From: Nemertoderma westbladi
Taxonomy: Eukaryota > Animalia > Xenacoelomorpha
NCBI GenBank assembly: GCA_032718475.1
Contig: JAUCBJ010007289.1
Span: 248,001-312,000 of the forward strand
Direction of reading: 5' to 3'
DNA length: 64,000 nt
Position numbers and translations under genes: made by a program
In this document: piece after piece, positions 11,098-22,771 of the stretch
Layout of the letters: each line of letters opens with the position of its first letter
Numbering within the stretch: the first letter of the stretch is position 1
The notes under the pieces: generated by a model
What the model was told of the DNA's origin: nothing
Database searches by the model: none
Seen by the model: the letters and a program-made list of their open reading frames with translations, nothing else

Positions 11098-12989
11098 ATG
11101 ACTGAGTTGATAGAAGATGATCTTGGTATCAGGGAGCGATATACTCTACCTTTACAAGCGTTTGTCGATAGCTTGATACACGGCGACGTTGGTCCAACTA
11201 CTACGGAGGATGATGGTCGTTATATCGAACCACCAATGTCCCCGGTGCAACTTACGCGTGAATTGGATTATAGAAAGTTCACCGCTCGCTATACGCATCG
11301 TAATGGTACGTATATGGACTTCGTAACAACTGGCCATCCTATCGATTTACATGATACAGACGATGTAGATACCGAAAGGGAAATGGTTTTATTTAAATAT
11401 CATACCCAGCGGAGTCGGAACGATAAACCGAGAATAGAACACGAGAACTCTATTCGAAACAGACTCGAAAGGGAAGACATTGAAGAGCTGGATAAACGCA
11501 GCGACTTCAACGATTATCTGGAATTCTTGAGAGAGACATACCTCAATATTGCCAGTCAACAAAATCTCGAAACTCGATATCCTCAAGGTAGACATCATGA
11601 CCCTATGATAGAACTCAAACGACTCTATTTCACTATGATGTATCTTACCGCCGATCGACCGCTACCTGTCGTCCCAGATAGCTTCGAACAGATGGAGGAA
11701 TATTGTAAAACTGGAGAACGATCACCCGCGTTTCCCCTGCAGGACGTACGTCTTTGGTATTACTGCGACGAATGCCCTAGACCCAATCAGCAAACGGAAC
11801 GACATAAACATCCGCGGAGACGTTGCGCTAAACACAGTTTTACACGATATAGTTATGGGAGTTTCGAGCGAAACCTGTTCGACGTATCCCCTACGATCCT
11901 ACGTATCTCAAACGATCCTTGAACAAACCAATGATCAGAGTTCCGGAATACTCGGTCAGACCTCCTCATTCCTCAGTTAGACCTCAGACTCTTGATCCTA
12001 ATAGTATCACGGATCCTCCCGAACTGTATTCGCTGTTCAAAGATCTAGTGTTACCCGAACAGTTGATCGGTGGCACTCCGGTAGTAGGCTCACTAGATAT
12101 TCGCCAACCCTACCTAACTGGATTGGGACGCGGTCATCTAATATCGCCGTTTAACCCACACAACCGTCCCGGCTTCACCTCGATACAACCCGTTACGGAA
12201 GTCGAAGAGAGCGTCGTACGAAACGCGTTAGACGCTATTCGGCAGAAAATCGGAAAGGGAACTTACGATTGTTTGGAGAAACGTAAATTGCAACAACAAG
12301 TCCAAGCGGTGAAGGAATTAGCTTTACCCCAGTTCGATAGAGAAATACAAAATCTCGAAGAGGACATCGAACGTGGACGAACCTACTCTTTACAAGAGTT
12401 CCTAGATGAGCGTCTACAACAACAAGCGGAGGAAAATCAGCTCGAGGAGAGACATATAAAACTAGATGAGAGAGAAGAAGCAGCTTTAGCTCAACCCGAA
12501 GCTCAAATCCTTATGACGGATCTCTACTCTAAAACCATCCTTCATCCCTCGATGGTTCCCCATTTCGGAGACAAACTCTTCGCGACGGTACAACCCCAAC
12601 CAGTTGATATCAACCTAAGATCTCGAGATCTTATCGCTGACGCTCCCATGTTGCAACGTCCGCCCATCGAAGCCGCTCGTGTCGATGGTATACTCGTTGA
12701 ACCTCCGGACAATAGAGCGGATCTTGTCCGTCGCATGGTACACAATGTTAACATACGCGCTAGACCTTTACTGGACTCGTTTTATGGGATCAAAGATCAC
12801 CCTTATTGCGTCAACCTAACACAATATTACATGGTAAAACCGGAAGATCCTACACATAGTCTGAGGTTTCTGCCACTCATAAATCCTCTCGATCTTGTCG
12901 AACTCGAACAACTGCATAAACATCTGGATCAGTTAGTTAAAATAAACTCAAAACGAAATGCGCTACCTTGCGGCATCCAGTGGGAATGA
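11098..12989 (+). pseudogene. D accessory ORF1 (about 630 aa after correcting one frameshift near 11900): unknown protein with CxxC-x14-CxxH motif and coiled coil
   Basis: ORFs 11098-11922 and 11919-12989 are one frame in the copy at 25244 (SPTLARLKRSLNKPMI). Motif YYCDECPRPNQQTERHKHPRRRCAKH; E/Q/L-rich heptads at about 12280-12500. Confidence 0.75.
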
Positions 12990-15163
12990 CCCTCGAAAAC
13001 GCCACTAAAGAGTGGAACGAGACTCTTAACGTTATCGAGATGTATGGAGTTGTCACTTACGACAACGAAGGTAGCGTTCCGGTTGGAGAACTGGGAACAA
13101 CGCGGATGATACACATACGAGGACTCGCTGGTTCTACCCACGTATTTACTCGAGTGTGTTCCGATGTGATTGATTATTCTTTTGAGACTCTTACTGAGAC
13201 ACAAAAGAAACTCCGACATGGACAATTCGAACTCGCGCAGCGTTATGTCGCCGACACCGAGTGCAAACCAGCCATGGGTATCGATGGATCGATGTTACCC
13301 CAGCCCGTGCTCGAGATGTTGTTTAACGAAAGAATCCTTAAAATCGGCTCAGCTGTTTATAGAGACCTACAAAACGACTTTCGGAATATGGAGAACATTC
13401 CATACCCCTTCGTTGACACTCAGCTGATTGCTCCCTGGGCAGAAGGCCGAGGTTTCTTCCGCACTATGTATGCAAATACACCCAGCGGCATTACTAAAGT
13501 ACAACGAACCTCCATCGGACATCTTGCCTTTCAAGAATACGGATGGAATTTCAAGGTTGGAAATCCTATAAATTACCAACAAGTATATGGAGATCATTAT
13601 TCTCGTTTATACTTTGATGGACCATTGACCGCACCTGGCGCCATGTATAGCTTTATGAGTGTTCCACTTCGTCCCTCCTTAGCTATATACACGATCTTTG
13701 AAAATGCAGCACTTGCTGGTTGGCTAGCCGATGTGTGCAGTCGTACCATACGCGCCCATCCCTTAATACTTGGAACCAAACTCGCCAAGTTAGATGAACA
13801 CAATAAATTCATCCGCTTCGAATGTTTCAGGCGCTTTCTGACTCCGTTCCGTAACGTTGATAGTCAGTTCAAGGACTACGCTCTGACCAAACTCAGCCTA
13901 AGAGACTCAGCTGCGGAGAAGCTAAATAGCGCGGGATTTGCTCTCTTTCAGGACGTTTGTATACAGAACTTACATTCATCTGTTATACAAAGACCCCGAA
14001 TACGCACGGGTTATTCTGTCGTGGAAGTTCAGACAGTGGGTCCGCTTGCGGAGACAGCCGCACCTACCTCAGCTATGCAATTGGAAGACGAACCAATCTG
14101 CTTAGAGTCTGAAGCGATCCAGCCTACAGCGCCCCGGAGCAGCGATAACGATTACGTCTTGGAGTGGTATCAAGGTCCACAATGTCTCACCGCATAAGAT
14201 TATCGACACGCCAACTATGTTTCTCGAAAATGTTGTCGATTATGCGCATCGAGAGACCATTTCACCCCTATGGACTCAGACGTACCCTGCTCCTATTTCC
14301 ACGAACAGCCGATGATGGAGATCTATTGAGCGTATTGCAGACTTAATAACTCGCATATTTTTGCAGTCTGTCCCCAATTTATGACCCAATGTCACCACTG
14401 TCAACTTAAAGGACATGCCAGTTATAATTGCCCCTTTAACCGCGATTTAGAAAGCGTAGATGAGATGATTACCCTGCGCTACATCCGAGCTTGGGAAGCG
14501 AACGCGGATTTACATTGTGAGGCCCACCATCGCTACTACCCTGGACGCTCTTACGAGGGAGTTTACGCGTTCCATCCTTATTTATTCGCGTCTGTGGAAC
14601 AAAAAACACGCACACCGAGTTACGAACTAATGAAGCGTGTTGGTGAGTGTATTTCCACCAAATTTGTTCGAAAATATCTTAGGAACGTCAATCCTAACGA
14701 TATTACTTCATATCATTTGATCAATTTCATCCGTCAAGACCCTGAGTATGGCGATTTATTTATCAACTCGCACCCTGAGTTACAGGAAGTATCTCGACGG
14801 CCCTACGAATATCGAGCCCGAGAACGCGAGCTGGAAAGAACCATTAAACCAAGGAAGTTTCTCACCACTCACGGTCCACCTACCGCCATTGTCCAGACGA
14901 CCCGTCAAGGACCCGTAGGAGCTGCTGTCTTAAGACGCGCCCTAAAGGCCGTTAGACCTCGCTCCACGGAAGTTGATATCGATCAACCAGGTACCTCGAC
15001 CGGCGGATACACCGATCGTAATCCTAAACCTTCTGATGCAATTGTATTGCACCCTTCACCAAGGAGCTACAGCCCTCCTAGTAAAGTGGCTCGCCCCAAA
15101 GAGAAAAGGACTCTTGCTAGCCTCAAAAAACTGCGTAAACGCCGTCCGCGTAAGAAAGACTAA
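12986..15163 (+). pseudogene. D accessory ORF2 (about 725 codons, two in-frame stops): DEDDy 3'-5' exonuclease (WRN/EXD/mut-7-like) + three zinc knuckles + basic tail
   Basis: ExoI GVVTYDNEG; ExoII LPQPVLEMLFNERILKIGSAVYRD; FVDTQLIA; SIGHLAFQEYG; ExoIII-like PLRPSLAIYTIFE. Reading through TAA 14195-14197 and TGA 14327-14329 gives CRLCASRDH..C, Y*AYCRLNNSHIFAVC and CHHCQLKGHASYNC in the same frame as ORF 14381-15163. Confidence 0.7.
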
Positions 15164-15241
15164 CTGTTTAGAGTATTTTTATATTTTAGAAACTGTGATT
15201 TGTTATATTTTATAGACTTAAATCCCATTTTCTGGGAGCGG

Positions 15242-16114
15242 TGTAAAGGCTTTTGCGGAATTAACCGGTTATTTTCCCCGTGAAGTACTCTGTAGTTGGT
15301 TTAACAGGCATAAAAGGCCTTGTCCTTACTGTACTGTTGTTTTAGAGGACATAAAAGCCATTTCTTCTGTATGTGTACTTTAACGGACATAATTAGTAAT
15401 TCTATGACGCAATACGCCAGATCCTCTTGAAACAGTGTAGCTACCATGACGACGGCTAACAGCTGATGCTGTACACGTGGAGCTTGTTCTTTGTTCTCTG
15501 TTCCTTCTTTGTTCGGTCGACCAATCAGAGCGTTTTTTGCCTCTGTGTTGGAGATTGTATATAGAAACTCGTGGAGTTGAGTCAGTATGTGATTTTGTCC
15601 ACAGCCTACAACACCGGCTTTGGAACCTCCGTGTTTCAGTCTTTAGCCCAACATTAGTAGGCTTAATTATAGAACGTATATCTGTTATCATACAAACTGA
15701 TCATAACATCACTGCATTCATAACCATTCACACCTTAAGCTTTGTACTGGTATTTACTGTCGGTTATTCATTATATTTGTTGATGGAATATTATATTTGG
15801 AATACTGATAAATAATCAGACACCCCAATCTTCTTGATATACTAAAGGTTAGAGAGACCGGTTACATATAATGATTGCGACTTACATTAAGTGGTTTGAA
15901 GTGAATCTAATGCTATTTTATAGGCCCTACATGTATTGTCTGTTGTTCTCTTTATATGTGACTAAATTTAGTGAAGGTCGGCAGATTAGTGTGCAGCATT
16001 GTGCAGTATTGTGTATGATTGTGACTGATAACAAAGCATCTCCTAAAGAATGCGCCATATACGTGAATCTATAGCCATCCTGTTGTGTCTAGTTTAAGTC
16101 ATAACTCTGTTTAC
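15242..16114 (+). repeat. Probable 3' LTR of D (end uncertain)
   Basis: Starts TGTAAA after the PPT; TTTACA at 16109-16114 is its inverse. Contains CCAAT (15521), TATATAGAA (15558) and Inr-like TCAGT (15582). Confidence 0.55.
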
Positions 16115-16410
16115 ATATTTAGAGCGCCACGTCCTAAAGGAACTGTTAATATTTCCCGAAAGTGAATAATATTTGTCAGAGATTATATATATTAACGATC
16201 AGTCGAATAATACAGTAGGCCTACCCCGCAATACGGTTAGGCTTCCGAATCCAGTCTCCCGGGTATATCCAGCGGGTGAATGATCGCGCATAGACTGGCT
16301 TCGGCTAATGTAGTGTATCAAATACTTGTCATAGGCTAAAGACGATCTATTATCTAGAAGACATCCCAATTTGGCAGGTTAAACTGCTAAAGGTCTGAAA
16401 GCGCGAACAA

Positions 16411-17806
16411 TTTCTTAATTTTATTCTAAGCGCTAAATAAATTACCATATCTCAAATTACAGAGTTGCTTACTAATTACTAAGTATTCCAGAATACGTAT
16501 TTCTAATTTATTACGTTCTGAGTTATACTAGCAATAGCCTAAATGCCGTATTATTTTGACCTAACAGCGATTAATAAGCATAAACTTAGAAATAGAAAAC
16601 AATCAAGAGAAATAGCGCCTATCTAAACATTACGATCAAGCATCAGGCACTCCTTAAACAACATAACATAAAATAGCGTTAGTGGCAGAGCTGGTAGCGC
16701 TAGTGTAGCGCTAGTGTAAAAGATCCAGGCCACCCAAGCTACAATGGCCTTCCTAACTAAACCCACTAGGCTACCGTAGTACTTTAAGGCTGAGACGAAA
16801 TCTGGATCGTCAGCTCCCAAATGCTGTAATGACGACCGGTCCCTGGTCCCTAACTGATTAGCCCAACCACAACTGCTAGCCCCCCACCACCGTTGCCCCA
16901 CATTGGAACCGCCACACTTCCCTCCATCGCTTCAATGGTGCGCCTACCGCGCCTACCAGTACCTTTAGCCCTCCATGCTAAAAGAAATAGCTACCGTATC
17001 GGCGCATGCGTTCGCAAACAGTCTGACAGTTGAAGGGAAAATCCTTGTTAGGATTTGCTACATCGCAAAGATTAATGAAATCGAAGTCATTCTAAGCAGT
17101 AATCATTATTCAAAAGAACAGAAATCAGTATTTGCAGTTTATGACATACAGAATTAACGAGAAATGACAAGCAAGAAGATCAAAAAAACATTAAATCAAC
17201 TAACATAGAAAAACTCTACTGCTGTACTGGTGTACTGGCATACACTGACATACACTGAACAAAATATAGGTATGACGCAATAATTATCTCATTGGTCCAA
17301 CAAATTAGGCCACCATTAGACTAACCTAAAACAGCTGGGCCAATGGGGAAGCTGGATTGTGATCCCTTTCGCCCCATTTCACAAATTACTACCATATATG
17401 GTAATGAAATCTGTCCCGGTGGGCTTATAGGTTTGTGGCCGTAACATTAATTTCGCGATTATTAAAGCACATTTTAGGCGTTATTTTAGCACAAACATCG
17501 ATTTATAGGGAAATGTAAATAAAATTAGCACAAATGTATTAGATTCGATAGATATTGGAAAACGGCAAAATTCATATTTTGTTTTTAAAGAATTTTGCCA
17601 CTGCAAATGAATATATCAGAGTTTTATTATAAAATTACGTAAATAGGGCTACATACTGTATAAAATTCGACTGAATATAAATTGAACTTGTGTATTTTTT
17701 ATTTACCCTATCTAATTATTACGGTTGCACATCAATACGCACTTATCTAACTTATTTTATACTTTATAACGGGTTGTTTCAGTACACAGCGCCATATATC
17801 GTAACA
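16411..17806 (-). repeat. B1 3' LTR (U5 end missing)
   Basis: Begins TGTTACG on the minus strand after PPT TTGGAGCGG. Homology to 61487-62803 stops at about 16411. Confidence 0.9.
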
Positions 17807-18682
17807 CCGCTCCAAGGGAAACAAGTAATGTTTCCCTCCAATTGTAGAAGAAATATGGTGGTGTGAAATGACAAAATAAATTTATTTTCAAATAAATCAA
17901 ATAATTCAGTTCTAATAATAATTTCGTACAAACATTGCCATTTATACTGCATAATAATGATTACATACAAATTAATACAAAATATTGCCACTGTTATTGC
18001 ATAATGATAACTACATACAAATTAATACAAATTAGATTACAAATATTCTTTCTTGCTATATTTACAAATTAACAATTTTCTTGTTGAAATGGTACATGGC
18101 TAGGACAATGTCCCCCATTTCCCATCTCAAATTAACGATCAACAATAACAAAATAAACTAAATATAAAACATATTTGAGGCTAAATGTTTAACTAAATAT
18201 TATTGCATTTAAGGCCGATAATCAAACTAAATATAAAATACATAATAATTTCTTTCTTTTTGAATCTTTACTTAATGTATAAAAAACGCAATCACCCTTA
18301 AATTGGATGATTGCTCAAGTAAGTGAAAGGAGTAAGCCAAACCCGCGGGTTTGTCTCCCCAATCACTTCCTTCGCATCTTCCAACAACTTTTAGAACAAA
18401 TAAATCTATATGTGTATATGAGTCCAGTCGGATATACAATGGTCGCCTACAATATACATCAGAGCGACGATGACCTAGAACACATCTATGTAGCATTTGG
18501 AATTGTCTTGGGTTCACTTATAATTTAAAAATTGTTAATTTTCCAAACATTTATGAAAATTTTAATTTTGTTTTGATACCCACCAGACAAATTCTCAACG
18601 CAATTCACCTCAAACCCGCTCCTATGCATTTCCGAGTATTTGCATACGAGGAATGCATACAAAGTGAATTTGCGCTCTGACA

Positions 18683-21600
18683 CTAATCTTGTTTTGAGGC
18701 AGAAGAAAAATTATAGTCTCCTGTCTCAATGCGTGTTTCCTCTAGTAACACAATATCCTGGACCGGCCTGTCCAAGGTGTGTAAACCCTTAGTTTTACAC
18801 TTCTTCTTGTTTGGACATTTGCACCTTATTTTGACAGTGATGGTGCGTACTATATTCTGTACGTCCAGGTGTATGTGCAAGATTACGCCGATCTCCCAAT
18901 ATTTTCTCTTTATCACTGGTTCGGTTATTAATACATAGTCTCCGAACTGTTTTGTACCATTTTGATCTGGTGGATATTGTGGGAAGATAATATTCCCGCC
19001 AATATTCCCAGAATGTGTACGCTATAAACTGGGTTATTTTCCAGCTTTTTCGACTATATAGGTCGGCACTAATGGGTTCTGATGCTGGTACAAGAAATGC
19101 CGGACTCTGCATAAGCAGGTGATTTGGTGTCAATGCAACACAGTCGGGTAACAGCTATCGGCCTCGAGTTTAGAGTATGCTCGATTTCAATGAAAGCTGT
19201 TACCAGCTCGTTGTCTGTTAGTTGTTTATTCACAGGCAATGTTTTTGCTATGCCTGTTTTATGGAGCGAACCAGACGCTCCCAACTTCCTCCTCTCCAGG
19301 GACTTTCTGGAGTATTAAATTTCCAGTCAATTCTTTGCGGCAAAAGTGCTGCAGAGATTTATTTGTTCTGTGCCGCCCTATGAGCCACATTCAACTCACT
19401 ATCCCCTCCGACAAAGTTAGTACCCGGAGAAGAACGCCTTTACTAGCCCTCTCCTGGCCATGAATCTCTTCAAAGCCAGGAGTAGAGATTTGGTCGACAT
19501 GTCTGCCACACGTTCTGGCATTCTTGATCTATGACAAATCAAACCCTTATTTATTAATGGGCTCCATTTTTCGAGGGGTTTATAGAGAACTGGTCATTGA
19601 GCCGATAGCAGATAGAATTCTTTTGGGAAGGCACACATTTGATAATGCTTCAAATGCTTTAATTCCGCTTGATCAATCTCATCTTCTGTCAGAGGATGTT
19701 TCAATTTCCGAATTCGCTCACTATTAGTGCTTATTTGATCTCCTAAATGCTTCGTATGTTTTAAACAAAGTAACAAAACATATTGGCTCAACCACGCGGT
19801 TCTTTTACAAATTGTCATCCAAGAGGCGGACGAATTTAACAATTTGTCATAAATACTACGTGGCTCTAATGCTAGTGGCGGTTGCCCACTGGCCAATATA
19901 ATTTTCGAATCCAAACCCGCAGGTTTGGAAACCGAAGGCTCCGTCTTGGTGGTCATTTGCTGTCCGTCACTTACTAACTGTGACCCTTGTGCAGTCGGTA
20001 AGGGTGGTTTTATGTCATAACTTACCCTTCCGGACCTTGTAGTCACATAAGTCTCTTGGTCTGACAGGCCTCCGGGCCACTCCAATGACTCTTCAGGCCG
20101 CTCCAATGACTCTTCAGGCCGCTCCAATGACTCTTCAGGCCGCTCCAACGACTCTTCAGGCCACTCCAATGGCTCGAGTTTGGCTTTTGATTTAGACTTG
20201 GAAACTTTGTCCAATTTGACCTCTGCGTCTATCGGCATCGGATTGGTAACGATCTTCAGTCGCTCTGGCCAATGTTCCTGTGTCCTTGTTAGAAAATCCG
20301 GCCCATGTAACCAAAACTCTTGAGATTCTTCCTGGCAGAATTCCGCTGGCATAGCACCTCTTGAAGTTATGTCGGCCGGGTTTAACATTCCCGGACAATG
20401 TCTCCATTGTTCCTTCGTCGAAAAGTCGACGATCTGGGCGCGTCTGTTGGCTACAAATCTCTTTAGCGCAATATTGTCCGCTGCAATATACACTAACACT
20501 AAAGATGCATCCGTCCAATAGAATAATGTCAAGGTCGTGTCTAACTCCTCTATTATCTGTTTACTTACCTCGACCGATACTACTGCTGCCTGTAACACTG
20601 CACGAGGGACCGGCATGTATTTGACTGGCATTGTCTTTGATCTAGAAGTCACAAAGGCCATCTCAAACTTATCCTGACTTACCTCTCAGCGAAGGTAGGC
20701 TACCATACCAAAGCCGGTGTCACTCGCGTCACTGAACAGGTGCAGCTCTAGATCAGCTGGAAATACCAGCTGATTCAGAAAGTAGGAACGGGGTACATCT
20801 ATATTTTTCAATAGATGCAACTTGTGCTTCCCACTCTCTCCACTGCTTCGCATGTATAGGGGATATCGGCTCATCCCACTCTAAGTTGGACAGCCAGATT
20901 TTTCTCATACATATCCGAGCCTGTAATATTACCGGACTGATAAAGTTCATCGGGTCAAATAGTCTACTCATGGTCGATAAGCAGATTCTCCTAGCCAAAG
21001 AATTGTCTGGGCTACTGGGCTCAAACCTAACTCTTACCTGGAATTTGTCCGTATTTGGATTCCAACCAAGTCCCAGTACTCGCGCCATGGGGATGGGTTC
21101 TACACCCAATTCTATGTCTACGCTCCCGCAATCCTTCACTGGGAATGACTCCAATAAGGCCTCCGAGTTCATGGTGAACTTGGTCAGTGGGAACCCTCAC
21201 ATTGCCAAGCACTCCTGTAGACCATGAGCCACTTCTATGGCTTGTTCTGCTGTGTCTTTGGACACCAATCCGTCGTCCATATAAAAGTTCCTCAAGATGG
21301 ACTCGATTACATCTACTGGATAATTACAAATCTGGGCTGTCGTCGTTTTCTTTAAGACAAACAGCGTGCCGTTGGGACTGTCGCGGGTGCCCAATATTCT
21401 GACGTACATCTGGTATGTAACCACTGGGCCGGATAGGTCTTCATTCTCATACCAGATAAATCTGAGACTATCCTGGTCCGCCTTGGAGGCTCTCACCTGG
21501 TGGAACATTGCCTCGATGTCGCAAGTAAAGGCAAATCGGCGCTGTCTAAAGCGTAGCAGTATACCTATCAAATAGTTGTTGAGATTGGGACCATCCATCA

Positions 21601-21783
21601 GTTCGGAATTCAGGGACATACCTCTATAGACCGGTGTGCAGTCATTTACCACTCGGACCTTGCTTGGTTTGTCGGGGTGAGTCACATAGCGGTGCGGGAG
21701 GTAAAAGGTCTGATCCGTTACTAAGTCGGGGTTCTCTACCTTCCCGGCAAATCCCTTCGTCAAATAGTTGTTAATTTGAGCAC
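18683..21783 (-). pseudogene. pol: B1 pol 3' part (RT, RNase H, integrase) with frameshifts and a ~0.4-kb integrase deletion near 19515
   Basis: FYLPHRYV, CDIEAMFHQV, FYMDD, LFSDASD, NPADITSRG. The sequence corresponding to B2 about 31665-32060 (HHCC finger and first catalytic D) is absent. Confidence 0.93.
20075..20170. repeat. 21-bp coding minisatellite (ERPEESL)n, about 4.5 units
   Basis: GGCC(A/G)CTCCAA(T/C)GACTCTTCA repeated in tandem. B2 has about 2 units at 32632-32668. Confidence 0.95.
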
Positions 21784-22435
21784 TGTGCAGCTAATTTTGC
21801 TGTACATTTTAATGTTATGGGAATTTACTGTACGTAAAATAAATCACCACGTTAGGATCTAACATGATGTCTGTATGTGCCTGACTCGTAATATTGTTAC
21901 CGGTATTACCTACTTCTGTACTTATACAGTTTTGCATTTGCATATACCCACCCATACCGGTACTGCAGTACCTTACTGCCAGACCGGTACTGTACTGCTG
22001 CATCATATAACCATATACAATAAACTCTCTCAACTGAAGTCTGTATGTAATAATGATACTGTGCTTACCGCCTGCCGATCCAATCACTTTAATGATTGAA
22101 TTGATTGTTGCTTATATCTTCTACTGCTTTATATCAATTGCTGTTTAACTTTTGTTGTATTGCTGTTACCTACATGTTGATCCTACAGTTTGATATACTA
22201 ATGTAACTGATGCTGTAATGCACTAATGATTGTTTTGGCTTTGAGCCTATGTTAATGAATGAAGAATGTTTAATTGATTGCTTATACTTTCCTTATAACC
22301 TACCTACTTTCTTATTGATTGTCAATTATTATTTTCTGGGATTGCTTTATACTTACTGCTTGGCTTGCTTTAATACTAATAGCCTAGCATCTACGTTTAT
22401 AAATATTAGGGTCAAATACCCAAATTGCCTCCACA
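21784..22435 (+). repeat. 5' LTR of C
   Basis: TGTGCAGCT...GCCTCCACA, direct repeat of 54184-54843. Confidence 0.96.
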
Positions 22436-22452
22436 TTTTCTTCGAACCGGAT
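22436..22452 (+). promoter_or_regulatory. C primer-binding site, degenerate tRNA-Tyr-like
   Basis: TTTTCTTCGAACCGGAT resembles the tRNA-Tyr complement TGGTCCTTCGAGCCGGA (from recall) but lacks the TGG. Confidence 0.6.
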
Positions 22453-22771
22453 AACCGGATACCCGGCCTACCCTACCCTGGCCTACATACCACGGCCTAC
22501 AATTTAATTATACAGTCCACGTTCTGACGTTTACAAATTCGTTGCTTCTTCATTCTTACATTCAAAGAGAAACAGACATAAAACTGTAAAAGGAAATTCA
22601 AAGGTGCGTGTTCCTGTTGATATTACTTTACTTCCATACTACAGCTAATGATATTGATTTTGTTGTCAATCTGTCAGTTTACAGTTCTTCTAGTGATTGT
22701 TGCTGAAATTCAAGCTGTCAAAAGTCAGTAAATAACGTAATACTGTAATATAAATACAATTAATTCTGATC

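Larger units (their letters stand above)
10993..16114 (+). mobile_element. Element D: 3' accessory-ORF region plus 3' LTR of an LTR retrotransposon related to BEL B1/B2 (gag-pol not present)
   Basis: Two long sense ORFs followed by GGGAGCGG|TGTAAA, the same GGAGCGG|TGT PPT/LTR junction as B1 and B2. ORF1 is homologous to the post-pol ORF of B2. A partial second copy lies at 25139-26225. Both outer boundaries are approximate. Confidence 0.7.

Noticed and set aside
11098-15163. Prokaryotic or phage operon, or an env gene, given the tightly packed overlapping ORFs
   Set aside because: Flanked by a PPT and LTR and homologous to the post-pol region of B2. No signal peptide or transmembrane helix is visible, and two of the apparent ORF boundaries are frameshift or nonsense lesions.
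16205-16226. TACA|GTAGGCCTAC as a self-priming PBS for D
   Set aside because: It is a self-palindrome, the nearest LTR partner (TAGGCCCTAC near 15921) is imperfect, and there is no evidence that this is a 5' LTR end.
16785-16820. Hammerhead ribozyme core (CTGACGA on minus; CTGAGACGAAA on plus) in the conserved LTR block
   Set aside because: CUGANGA and GAAA do not occur on the same strand with a closing stem II. The plus-strand version does not fit CUGANGA.
16623-16901. 92-aa LTR-encoded ORF with hydrophobic C-terminus
   Set aside because: Frameshifted in the other B1 LTR and interrupted by a stop in B2. Differences are not concentrated at third codon positions.
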